Shown here: positions 7,740 to 15,482 of the stretch, piece after piece
Layout of the letters: every line of letters begins with the position of its first letter
Numbering within the stretch: position 1 is the first letter of the stretch
NCBI GenBank assembly: GCA_019241805.1
Contig: JAFAWL010000403.1
Coordinates: 1 to 34,032, forward strand
Length of the DNA stretch: 34,032 bases
From: Actinomycetota bacterium
GTDB lineage: Bacteria > Actinomycetota > Actinomycetes > Mycobacteriales > Jatrophihabitantaceae
Reading direction: 5' to 3'
Program-made: the position numbers and the translations under genes
Notes under the pieces: model-generated
Databases searched by the model: none
Seen by the model: only the letters and a program-made list of their open reading frames with translations
Told to the model about the DNA's origin: nothing

Positions 7740-10349
7740 GTGCCAGTGACCGCCGGCAAGCCCACCTCGCGGGAGACCACCTCGCGGGAGACCACCTCGC
7801 GGGCAATCACGTCGCGGGGAATGCTGCGCGTCTACCTTGGCGCGGCCCCAGGCGTCGGTAAGACCTACGCGATGCTGGAGGAGGGTGCGCGCAAGCGGGC
7901 GCGCGGTGGCGATGTCGTCGTCGCCCTGGCCGAGACCTACGAGCGACCCCACACCATCGACCGGCTCGCCGGTCTGGAGGTGCTTCCGCGCCGGGCGATC
8001 AGCGATCGCGGCGACGCGTCCCGGGAGATGGACGTGGACGCCGTACTGGCCCGAGCGCCGCGCCTGGCCCTGGTCGACGAATTGGCCCACACCAACGTTC
8101 CCGGCAGCCGTAACGACAAGCGGTGGCAGGACGTCGAAGAACTGCTCGCCGCAGGTATCGACGTGATCTCCACCGTGAACGTGCAGCACCTCGAGTCGCT
8201 CAACGACGTCGTGCGGCGCATCACCGATGTCACGGAGCAAGAGACTGTTCCCGACGCCGTCGTGCGGGCCGCGGATCAGATCGAGCTCGTCGACATGACG
8301 CCCGAAGCCCTGCGCCGACGCATGGCGCACGGCAACATCTATCCGCCCGAGCGGATCGACGCCGCACTCGGCAACTACTTCCGTCCCGGCAACCTGACCG
8401 CATTGCGCGAACTTGCGCTGCTGTGGTTGGCCGACCGCGTCGAGGAGGGCCTGCAGCGATACCGCGGTGAGCATGACATCACCGGCCCGTGGGAGACGCG
8501 CGAACGCATCGTCGTCGCATTGACCGGCGGCGCCGAGGGCGACGCCCTGATCCGCCGCGCCGGCCGGATCGCGGCTCGCTCGGTCGGTGCCGATCTGCTC
8601 GCCGTGCACGTTTCGCGCAGCGACGGGCTGAGTGGTCCGGGGGTCGCCGCCCTGGTATCCCAGCGATTGCTCGTCGAATCGCTGGGCGGCACGTATCACT
8701 CGGTCGTCGGCGACAACATTCCGCAAGCACTGCTCGACTTCGCGCGCAGCGTCGACGCGACCCAGATCGTGCTGGGCGTGTCGCGTCGACGGCCCTGGTC
8801 GGCCGCACTCGGTGGCGGGACCAGCGCGACCGTGATCCGGGGATCCGGTCCGATCGACGTGCACATGGTGACGCACGAGTTCGCCGGTCGCGGCCTCGGC
8901 CTGCCCCGCCTGGGCGGCGGACTGACCCGAACGCGGCAAGCAACCGGCTGGGCATTCGCGGCGATCGTGCTGGCCGCGATGACTCCGGCCCTCGCGGCCG
9001 GCCGCTCGCAAGTCTCGTTCGCGAGCGATCTCTGCCTCTATCTGTTGGCCGTCATCCTGACAAGCCTGCTCGGTGGGTTCTATCCCGCGTTGGTCTGCGC
9101 CTTCGCCGGCACGTTGCTGCTCAATTACTATTTCGCGCCGCCGATCCACACGCTGAACATCGCCTCCCGCAACAACATCCTGGCCTTAATCATCTTTCTG
9201 CTGGTGGCAGCGCTGGTGTCACGGGCCGTCGATCTGGCCGCCCGGCGATCCGCGCTGGCCGCCCGGGCCGCCGCCGAGGCGGAGACGATGTCGACGTTGG
9301 CGGGCAGTCTGTTACGAGGGGCTGACGCGTTGCCGGCTTTGCTGCAGCGGGTGGAGGAGACCTTCGGGATGCGCAGCGTCAGCCTGCTGCGGCGGGCGTC
9401 GCGTACGGGTCCGGTCGGTTGGGACGTGCTGGCGAGGACCGGTCCCGAGGCAGCACGGTCACCCGCGGAGGGTGACTGCGTCGTCGACATCGACGCCGAG
9501 CAGGTGCTCGTGCTGTGCGGCCCCGCACTTCCGGCCGAGGACCACCGAGTGCTCACGGCCTTCGCTGCTCAGGTGGCGGTGGCCTATCGGCAGCGAGAGC
9601 TCGCCGAGGTTGCTCGCACCGTGCAGCCCCTGGCCGAGTCGGAACGTGCCCGCACGGCTCTGCTCAATGCGGTCAGCCACGATCTGCGCACGCCGATCGC
9701 CTCGGCCAAGGCCGCGGTGTCGAGCCTGCGCGCGCCCGACGTCGCGTGGTCGGAGGCGGATCGCCGCGAACTTCTCGGCAGCGCGGACGCGGCCCTCGAC
9801 CGGCTCACCGACCTGGTGACGAACCTGCTCGACCTGTCGCGGCTGCAGGCCGGCGTGCTGCCGGTGCTACCCGGACCGGTCGGGCTGGACGACGTGGTCG
9901 CCCACGCCCTCGGCCACCTCACGGCAAGTGCTGGTCGAGTCGTCGTCGATGTGCCCAGTGAACTGCCCGAGGTCGAGGCCGACGCCGGTCTGCTCGAACG
10001 GGTCGTCGCCAATCTCGTACAGAACGCGCTGCGCTACGCCCCCGCGCAGACGCCCGTGCGCGTCACCGGCAGTGCGTTCGCCGACCGGGTCGAGTTGCGT
10101 GTCGTCGACCGTGGTCCCGGTATCCAACTGCCGGAGGCCGCCTTCGCCGCCTTCCAGCGGCTCGACGATGCGCCGTCGGGCGCCGGAGTCGGTCTTGGGC
10201 TGGCGATCGTGCGTGGCTTCGTCGAAGCGATGGGTGGCCAGGTCGAGATCGAGCAGACGCCCGGCGGGGGAGCGACACTCGTTGTGAGCCTGCGGACGGC
10301 CGCGGGACTGCTGCGCGGGGGTCGAGTCATCTCCGGTGGCCCGGCGTGA
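7740..10349 (+). CDS. kdpD: sensor histidine kinase KdpD
   Basis: RGMLRVYLGAAPGVGKTYAML (KdpD N-domain P-loop), a Usp-like segment, four hydrophobic helices (9000-9250), H-box LLNAVSHDLRTPI, and an HATPase region with DRGPGI...GVGLGLAIV. Start chosen at GTG 7740, 6 nt after GGAG. ATG 7821 would delete the conserved RG preceding the LRVYLG block. The 7497 start in the track is an artefact. Confidence 0.9.
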   Translation: MPVTAGKPTSRETTSRETTSRAITSRGMLRVYLGAAPGVGKTYAMLEEGARKRARGGDVVVALAETYERPHTIDRLAGLEVLPRRAISDRGDASREMDVDAVLARAPRLALVDELAHTNVPGSRNDKRWQDVEELLAAGIDVISTVNVQHLESLNDVVRRITDVTEQETVPDAVVRAADQIELVDMTPEALRRRMAHGNIYPPERIDAALGNYFRPGNLTALRELALLWLADRVEEGLQRYRGEHDITGPWETRERIVVALTGGAEGDALIRRAGRIAARSVGADLLAVHVSRSDGLSGPGVAALVSQRLLVESLGGTYHSVVGDNIPQALLDFARSVDATQIVLGVSRRRPWSAALGGGTSATVIRGSGPIDVHMVTHEFAGRGLGLPRLGGGLTRTRQATGWAFAAIVLAAMTPALAAGRSQVSFASDLCLYLLAVILTSLLGGFYPALVCAFAGTLLLNYYFAPPIHTLNIASRNNILALIIFLLVAALVSRAVDLAARRSALAARAAAEAETMSTLAGSLLRGADALPALLQRVEETFGMRSVSLLRRASRTGPVGWDVLARTGPEAARSPAEGDCVVDIDAEQVLVLCGPALPAEDHRVLTAFAAQVAVAYRQRELAEVARTVQPLAESERARTALLNAVSHDLRTPIASAKAAVSSLRAPDVAWSEADRRELLGSADAALDRLTDLVTNLLDLSRLQAGVLPVLPGPVGLDDVVAHALGHLTASAGRVVVDVPSELPEVEADAGLLERVVANLVQNALRYAPAQTPVRVTGSAFADRVELRVVDRGPGIQLPEAAFAAFQRLDDAPSGAGVGLGLAIVRGFVEAMGGQVEIEQTPGGGATLVVSLRTAAGLLRGGRVISGGPA
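7762..7819. repeat. 15-bp tandem repeat, about 3.9 copies (CCACCTCGCGGGAGA)
   Basis: Copies at 7762-7776 and 7777-7791 are identical. 7792-7806 and 7807-7819 are degenerate. In the kdpD frame it encodes TSRET-TSRET-TSRAI-TSRG. Confidence 0.9.
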
Positions 10350-11023
10350 CCCGGGTGCTGATCGTCGATGACGAACGTCCGCTGGTGCGCGCGCTCGCGA
10401 TGAACCTGAGCGCACGCGGATATGAAGTGGTCGAGGCCGACACCGCCGGCCACGCGCTCACCGCGACGGCCCAGCAGGAGCCGGACGTGATCTTGCTCGA
10501 TCTCGGCCTGCCCGATCTCGGCGGTCTCGACGTCATCCGGGGTGTGCGCCACTACAGCCAGGTGCCGATCATCGTCATTTCGGCGCGTACCGGCAGCGCG
10601 GACAAGGTCAGCGCGCTCGACCTCGGGGCCGACGACTACGTAACCAAGCCGTTCAGCATCGATGAACTGCTCGCCCGTGTCCGCGCCGCGACCCGACGAG
10701 CCGGAGTCAGTGATGCGATCACCACGGTCACCGTCGGGACGGCTCGCGTCGATGTGCTGGCCAAGACCGTGACCGGCGCCGGTGGGCAGCGCATCCATCT
10801 GACCCCGACCGAGTGGCATCTGCTCGAACTCTTGATCCGGCACCCGGGCCGCCTCGTCACAAGCCGGGCCCTGCTCACCGAGCTTCGCGGCGCGCCCGAG
10901 CACACCGACCCGAGTTACCTGCGGATCTACATGGCGCAGCTGCGTCGCAAACTCGAACCCGAGCCCAGCCGCCCGCAACACCTGATCACCGAACCCGGCA
11001 TGGGATACCGGTTCCAACCCTGA
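10346..11023 (+). CDS. kdpE: OmpR-family response regulator KdpE
   Basis: VLIVDDE...DVILLDLGLPD...KPF receiver domain plus a winged-helix C-terminus (LTPTEWHLLELL...GMGYRF). GTG 10346 overlaps the kdpD TGA (GTGA). Confidence 0.9.
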   Translation: MTRVLIVDDERPLVRALAMNLSARGYEVVEADTAGHALTATAQQEPDVILLDLGLPDLGGLDVIRGVRHYSQVPIIVISARTGSADKVSALDLGADDYVTKPFSIDELLARVRAATRRAGVSDAITTVTVGTARVDVLAKTVTGAGGQRIHLTPTEWHLLELLIRHPGRLVTSRALLTELRGAPEHTDPSYLRIYMAQLRRKLEPEPSRPQHLITEPGMGYRFQP

Positions 11024-11195
11024 GGCCGCCCATCACGGCGACGGGAGGCCTGTATCGCTGGCCGCCGCCGTTTACCTGGCGGTTGGAATCACGGACGCGT
11101 GGGTACTGCTGGGTGGATACTTCGATATACGCCTGAGAGCCTATTGACCGGTCGGTCGGCTTTGCCCCCGACCAGGATGGACGTAGGGTGCGCGT

Positions 11196-12002
11196 GTGAT
11201 CGAGAACCTCTCGTGCACGCCGGCGCAACGCAGCCAGGCGTGGGCGGTTCACGTATTCACGACGCTGGGCATCGTCGTCGCGATGCTGGCGTTGCGCGAT
11301 GTGCTTATCGGGGACGCGGGAAACGCAATCCTGTGGCTATTGGTGACGCTGATCATCGATGGCGTCGACGGGCCGGTCGCGCGCTGGCTGGTCGTCAAGG
11401 AGCGCGTGCCGCGGATCGACGGCTATGTCCTGGATCTGATCATCGACTACGTCACGTGCGTCATCGTGCCGGCCGCATTCATGTACCAGTTCGAACTGGT
11501 GCCGAACAACGCTTTCGGCCTGGTCGTTCTCGGACTGTTGGTGTTCACCGCAGCCATCTGGTTCTCGCGGGTGGACATGATGGACGAGCAGAACTGGTTC
11601 CGGGGGTTCCCGGCGGCCTGGAACCTCGTCGCGCCGATCCTCTACTTGATGCACGCGCGCACGACCGTCGGCGCCATCGTCACGTTGGTGCTCTCGGTGG
11701 CTTCGCTGACCAACATTCGCGTGCCCCACGTGATGCGCGCTCGCTACCTGCGCTGGGTCACGCTGCCCGTGACCGTGGCCTGGGTCGTGGTGATTGCAAT
11801 CGGTGCGTTTCGCGACCCGTCGCGGCCGTGGATCCTGCGGCCGCTGATGATGGCGGGTTCCGACTACTTCATCCTGTTGGCGATCTGGCAGACGTACCGG
11901 GTCGCGCGCACAAGACGATCAGCGCGGCCGGCTGCGGCGACGCCCGGCATCCCGCCATCTACGACGGCACCGATAGCCCGCGTGCCGGGCGATTCGTCCT
12001 AG
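11196..12002 (+). CDS. pcs: phosphatidylcholine synthase (CDP-alcohol phosphatidyltransferase family)
   Basis: VHVFTTLG..., DGVDGPVARWLVVKERVPRIDGYVLDLIIDYVTCVIVPAAFMYQ, WFRGFPAAWNLV and VPHVMRARYLR are collinear with rhizobial Pcs as I recall it (VHILTASG; DGIDGPIARKVRVKEVLPNWSGDTLDNIIDYVTYVLLPAFALYQ; FFSGFPVVWNMV; HPVRVKRLR). Confidence 0.85.
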   Translation: MIENLSCTPAQRSQAWAVHVFTTLGIVVAMLALRDVLIGDAGNAILWLLVTLIIDGVDGPVARWLVVKERVPRIDGYVLDLIIDYVTCVIVPAAFMYQFELVPNNAFGLVVLGLLVFTAAIWFSRVDMMDEQNWFRGFPAAWNLVAPILYLMHARTTVGAIVTLVLSVASLTNIRVPHVMRARYLRWVTLPVTVAWVVVIAIGAFRDPSRPWILRPLMMAGSDYFILLAIWQTYRVARTRRSARPAAATPGIPPSTTAPIARVPGDSS

Positions 12003-12052
12003 CGTCCGGTCAGTCGGTGCGGTCCGCGTTCAGACGGCGGCCGGTGACGCGA

Positions 12053-12523
12053 TCAATCGGCCAGGCGCGCGGGAAAGCCGCCGGTGGCGATGGGTCCCCA
12101 GCGCTCGACCGTGATTCGGAGCAGGCTCTTACCTTGGTCGAGCATCGCGCGGCGGTACTCGACCCAGTCGGAATGTTCCCCGGCGATGCAACGGAAGTAC
12201 TCCACGAGGGGCCCCACCGCGTCCGGGATGTCGAGCACCTCGGCGCTTCCGTCGACCTGCACCCAGGCGCCGCCGAAATCGTCTGACAGCACCAGCACCG
12301 CACACTGTGGTTCGCGGCGCAGGTTTCGGGTCTTGGCCCGTTCCGGATAGGTGGCGACGACGATCCGTCCGGCCTCGTCGACCCCGCCGGTGACGGGGGA
12401 GGACTGCACGGTCCCGTCCGCCCGGCGCGTGATCACGATCATGTGGTGCCGGGGGCGGACGAACTCGAGCAGACCTTCACGGGTGACCGTGGTGGTGGTG
12501 GCAATGGTTCGCGGCATGACCAC
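12053..12523 (-). CDS. PPOX-class (pyridoxamine 5'-phosphate oxidase fold) probable F420-dependent enzyme
   Basis: 156 aa. LLEFVRPRHHMIVITRRADGTVQSSPV...VATYPERAKTRNLRREPQCAVLVL is typical of actinobacterial PPOX/F420 split-barrel proteins. Confidence 0.75.
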   Translation of the reverse strand: MVMPRTIATTTTVTREGLLEFVRPRHHMIVITRRADGTVQSSPVTGGVDEAGRIVVATYPERAKTRNLRREPQCAVLVLSDDFGGAWVQVDGSAEVLDIPDAVGPLVEYFRCIAGEHSDWVEYRRAMLDQGKSLLRITVERWGPIATGGFPARLAD

Positions 12524-12584
12524 CAGTCTGCCGCGCCAAATAACGACTGGCCCGTCTTACCGCCGGCGACAAGTATTGCCGGCT

Positions 12585-13442
12585 ATGACCGACACCCCGA
12601 CTGGCGCCCCGACTGGCGCCCCGACTGGCGCCCCGACCGGCACCCCGACCGACCGCTTCCGCGCGCTTCATGTGCCCGGTCATCCCTTGCTGTGTCCCAA
12701 CCCGTGGGATCTCGGATCGGCCCGGGTGCTGGTTTCGCTCGGCTTCGCGGCCTTGGCCACGACGAGCAGTGGCTTCGCCGCGACCCTCGGACGGCCGGAC
12801 GGCCACGTCAGTCGTGAGGAGGCGATCGCACACGCCGCCGCGGTGGCCGAGACCGTGCAGGTGCCGGTGACGGCCGATCTGGAGAACGGCTTCGGCGCCG
12901 ATCCTGCTGCCGCGGCCCGCACGGCCGGGGCCGCCCGGGCCGCGGGGCTGGCTGGCTTCTCGATCGAGGACGCGACCGGCGACTCGGGGGCACCGGTGTT
13001 CGAACTCGGCCGCGCGCGAGAGCGCGTGGAAGCGGCGGCCGAGGCCGCGCATGCCGCTGGCGGAGATACGGTACTCACCGCCCGGGCCGAGAATTACCTG
13101 TACGGTCGCGCCGACCTGGCCGACACGATCGCCCGGCTGCAGGCCTTTCAAGAGGCGGGCGCCGACGTGTTGTACGCCCCCGGGTTGACATCCGTGGCCG
13201 ACATCCGGTCGATGGTCGAGTCGGTGGATCGTCCGGTGAACGTCCTGCTCCTGGCGACCGGTCCGGCGCCGGTCGAGTTGGCCGAGCTGGGCGTTGCTCG
13301 CATCACCGTCGGCGGCGCGTTCGCCTACGCGGCCCTCGGGGCGCTCGCCGAGATCGCGGAGGGTCTGCGTACATCCTCGATCGATGGCTTGTGGACCGGC
13401 GTCCAGCGCGGCCGGGCCGCGGCGCGCGCAGCGTTCGGCTGA
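12585..13442 (+). CDS. isocitrate lyase / PEP mutase family protein
   Basis: FRALH..PLLCPNPWDLGSARVL..GFAALATTSSGFA...TADLENGFG...FSIEDA...VLTARAE...AGADVLYAPG. The ATG 12585 start gives MTDTPTG(APTG)n. It lacks the KRCGH loop of true methylisocitrate lyases. Confidence 0.8.
   Translation: MTDTPTGAPTGAPTGAPTGTPTDRFRALHVPGHPLLCPNPWDLGSARVLVSLGFAALATTSSGFAATLGRPDGHVSREEAIAHAAAVAETVQVPVTADLENGFGADPAAAARTAGAARAAGLAGFSIEDATGDSGAPVFELGRARERVEAAAEAAHAAGGDTVLTARAENYLYGRADLADTIARLQAFQEAGADVLYAPGLTSVADIRSMVESVDRPVNVLLLATGPAPVELAELGVARITVGGAFAYAALGALAEIAEGLRTSSIDGLWTGVQRGRAAARAAFG
12595..12654. repeat. 12-bp tandem repeat, about 5 copies (CCCCGACTGGCG)
   Basis: Three identical copies at 12595-12630, then two degenerate ones. 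Encodes PTGA-PTGA-PTGA-PTGT-PTD at the N-terminus of the ICL/PEPM-family protein. Confidence 0.9.
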
Positions 13443-13469
13443 CTGTCGCCGGCGATCACGGCAAACGGG

Positions 13470-13754
13470 TCAGGCGGCCAGCCCGAGATCATGCGCGATG
13501 AGTCGCATCTGGGCCTCGAACCAGGCGGTGTAATCGGTGATTACGCCGTTGAGGTGACCGAACAGTTCGAAGCTGATCGCACCGATGAGGGCGGTCTAGG
13601 CCATGACCGCCCGGGCGATGGTCGCGTCGGCGACCCCCGGCGCGAGCTGGTCGCGCAATCCGCGCAGGTCGGCGCGCACCGAGCCGGGCAGCCGGCGCGT
13701 CGCGAGCGGTCGCAGCGAGTCCGCGGCACTGGCGTCGCGTACGGGCGAGAGCAT
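13470..13754 (-). pseudogene. TetR-family regulator relic (C-terminal ligand domain only, in-frame TAG)
   Basis: The minus frame reads MLSPVRDASAADSLRPLATRRLPGSVRADLRGLRDQLAPGVADATIARAVMA-TAG-TALIGAISFELFGHLNGVITDYTAWFEAQMRLIAHDLGLAA*. The TAG (13598..13596) sits where TetR C-domains of this type carry W (..AW.AL.G..S.ELFGH). No room remains for the roughly 100-aa HTH half before the next gene. Confidence 0.6.
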
Positions 13755-13765
13755 AGTTGACAACA

Positions 13766-13780
13766 GAGAGCACTGCTCTC
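13766..13780. promoter_or_regulatory. perfect 7-1-7 palindrome GAGAGCA-C-TGCTCTC with adjacent TTGACA
   Basis: Located between the TetR relic and the F420-dependent reductase gene (ATG 13803). TTGACA lies at 13757-13762. It looks like the orphaned TetR operator and promoter. Confidence 0.35.
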
Positions 13781-13802
13781 GAACGTCTGAAGGTGGGTCG
13801 CC

Positions 13803-14258
13803 ATGAGCAGTACGCAGCGTTACCTCGAGCCCGGCTGGTTCACGCGCAACATTTTCAATCGAAGCGTCCGCGGGCTGACCCGAGCCGGGATCAGCGTGTA
13901 CGGATCCCGCGAGCTACGGGTGCGCGGTCGCAAGAGCGGTGAGTGGCGCAGCACCCCGGTGAACCTGCTGATACTCAACGGACAGCGGTACCTGGTCGCG
14001 CCGCGCGGCGTGACCCAATGGGTGCGCAACCTGCGGGCGGTCGGCACCGGTGAGCTGCGCGTCGGGCGACGGGCCGAAACGTTCTCGGCCGTCGAGCTGC
14101 CCGATGAGGTGAAGGTCCCCGTGCTGCGTGAGTATCTGCGTCGATGGGGCTTCGAGCTGGGGCAGTTTTTCGAAGGCCTGGACAAGAACGCCGACGACCG
14201 GCAACTGGCCCAGATCGCCCCGGGCTTTCCGGTCTTCCGCATTGACGACGCGGCCTGA
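13803..14258 (+). CDS. deazaflavin (F420)-dependent nitroreductase/quinone-reductase family protein (Ddn-like)
   Basis: LRVRGRKSGEWRSTPVNLLILNGQRYLVAPRGVTQWVRNLRAVGTGEL is the PF04075-type signature. GAAGGTGGG precedes the ATG. Confidence 0.85.
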   Translation: MSSTQRYLEPGWFTRNIFNRSVRGLTRAGISVYGSRELRVRGRKSGEWRSTPVNLLILNGQRYLVAPRGVTQWVRNLRAVGTGELRVGRRAETFSAVELPDEVKVPVLREYLRRWGFELGQFFEGLDKNADDRQLAQIAPGFPVFRIDDAA

Positions 14259-14285
14259 GCTTCGGTCTGCGTCTCGACCGGTCGG

Positions 14286-15278
14286 CTAGTTACGGGCAGC
14301 GAGGCGAGGGGGCAGGCCGAACCACTCGAACGTGCCGGACAGGCGGCACTCGTCCATCGGCTGGTCCGGGAAGCGCTGATAGGCCCCCGGATCGGGCGAG
14401 TCGGTCGAGCGCACGATGAAGGCGGTCACATCGCTGACGAGGTCACCGCGCAGCGTCAACACGTTCAACGCAAAGGGCAGGTAGGCCGCGCGGTCGTGAT
14501 CCCACGAGTAGAAGGCCAGCGCCGGTTGGGCGTTGGCGGTAGTCAGTACGGTGCGCCACCGCCATTCACCGGACATCGACGAGGCGCGGGCCCAGCCGGC
14601 AATCGCCTCGCGCGGCGTGTACCACGTGGACAGTGGTGGCATGGCGAAGGTGGCGTCTCGCACCAGCAACGCGGTGAAGGCATCGACGTCGTTACGCTCC
14701 CACGCATCGACGTAGCGATCGACCAGAGTCCGCAGGCCGTGATCACCGAGCGAGCGCAGCGTCGCCTGTTGGGTACGCGCGGGAACGCGATCGGCGACCG
14801 CGACCCGTGCCCGCTGCAAAGCGCTGTTGACCGACGCGGTCGACGTCGAGAGCATCCGGGCGGCTTCCTGCGCGCTGAACCCGAGAACCTCGCGCAGGAT
14901 CAGGACGGCGCGCTGGTTGGCCGCGAGATGCTGTAGCGCCGCGACGAACGCCAGCTCGACGCCTTCCTGCTGCTCGTAGCTGGCCTCGGGCGTCGCTCGT
15001 CCGCTCGGCAGGCCGAGCGGACCGTCCGGGTAGGGCTCGATCCACACCGACTCGGTGATCGGTGATCCGGGCGGCGTAGACGCCTCGGCGGCCGGACCGA
15101 AGTCGTGCGGCAGCATCCGCTTGTCCCGGCGACGGATCTCCGTGCGACAGACGTTGGTCGCGATCGAGTACAGCCACGCTCGCGCCGAGGACTCGTCGCG
15201 CAGGCCGGCGGCGCCGCGCCACGCGCGCAGGTACGTCTCCTGCAACGCGTCGTCGGCGTCGTGCACCGAGCCGAGCAT
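14286..15278 (-). CDS. ECF sigma factor with C-terminal SnoaL/NTF2-like domain (TIGR02960 / SigG type); true start lies upstream of 15278
   Basis: Region 2 (DALQETYLRAW...WLYSIATNVC) and region 4 (QRAVLILREVLGFSAQEAARML) are followed by a SnoaL-like domain (YVDAWERNDVDAFTALL). Coordinates are the canonical-start ORF. Homology (DFAELADRHRAELHAHCYR) continues upstream to at least 15335 (see finding). Confidence 0.85.
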   Translation of the reverse strand: MLGSVHDADDALQETYLRAWRGAAGLRDESSARAWLYSIATNVCRTEIRRRDKRMLPHDFGPAAEASTPPGSPITESVWIEPYPDGPLGLPSGRATPEASYEQQEGVELAFVAALQHLAANQRAVLILREVLGFSAQEAARMLSTSTASVNSALQRARVAVADRVPARTQQATLRSLGDHGLRTLVDRYVDAWERNDVDAFTALLVRDATFAMPPLSTWYTPREAIAGWARASSMSGEWRWRTVLTTANAQPALAFYSWDHDRAAYLPFALNVLTLRGDLVSDVTAFIVRSTDSPDPGAYQRFPDQPMDECRLSGTFEWFGLPPRLAARN

Positions 15279-15374
15279 GCGGTAGCAGTGCGCATGCAGC
15301 TCGGCTCGGTGCCGGTCGGCCAGCTCGGCGAAGTCAGGACGGTGGTGTTCGGACGGAGGCCGATGTCCGGACGG

Positions 15375-15482
15375 GTCCTGTCCTTCGGACCGGCCCAGTC
15401 GGTCGGATCTGTCCTGTCCTTCGGACTGGTTCAGTCGGTCGGAGCGGTCCTGACCTTCAGACGGCTCGGTCGTAGCGGTCAG
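15375..15482. repeat. 36-bp tandem repeat x3
   Basis: Units at 15375-15410, 15411-15446 and 15447-15482 (GTCCTGTCCTTCGGAC.GG...AGTCGGTCGGA...), progressively diverged. In the sigma-factor frame it encodes SEGQDRSDRLNQ/SEGQDRSDRLGR/SEGQDPSGHRPP. Confidence 0.9.

Noticed and set aside
11024-11195. Hairpin GGTCGG-CTTTGCCC-CCGACC (11154-11173) as the kdpE terminator
   Set aside because: The stem is short (6 bp) with no U-tract. It is plausible but indistinguishable from chance in GC-rich DNA, so I did not list it as a feature.
12585-13442. PEP mutase as a marker of a phosphonate biosynthetic cluster; P450 (5946..7157) as a marker of a natural-product cluster
   Set aside because: No phosphonopyruvate decarboxylase, PKS/NRPS, terpene synthase or tailoring genes are adjacent. 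The ICL/PEPM protein lacks motifs I associate with true Ppm. Its neighbours are unrelated housekeeping genes.
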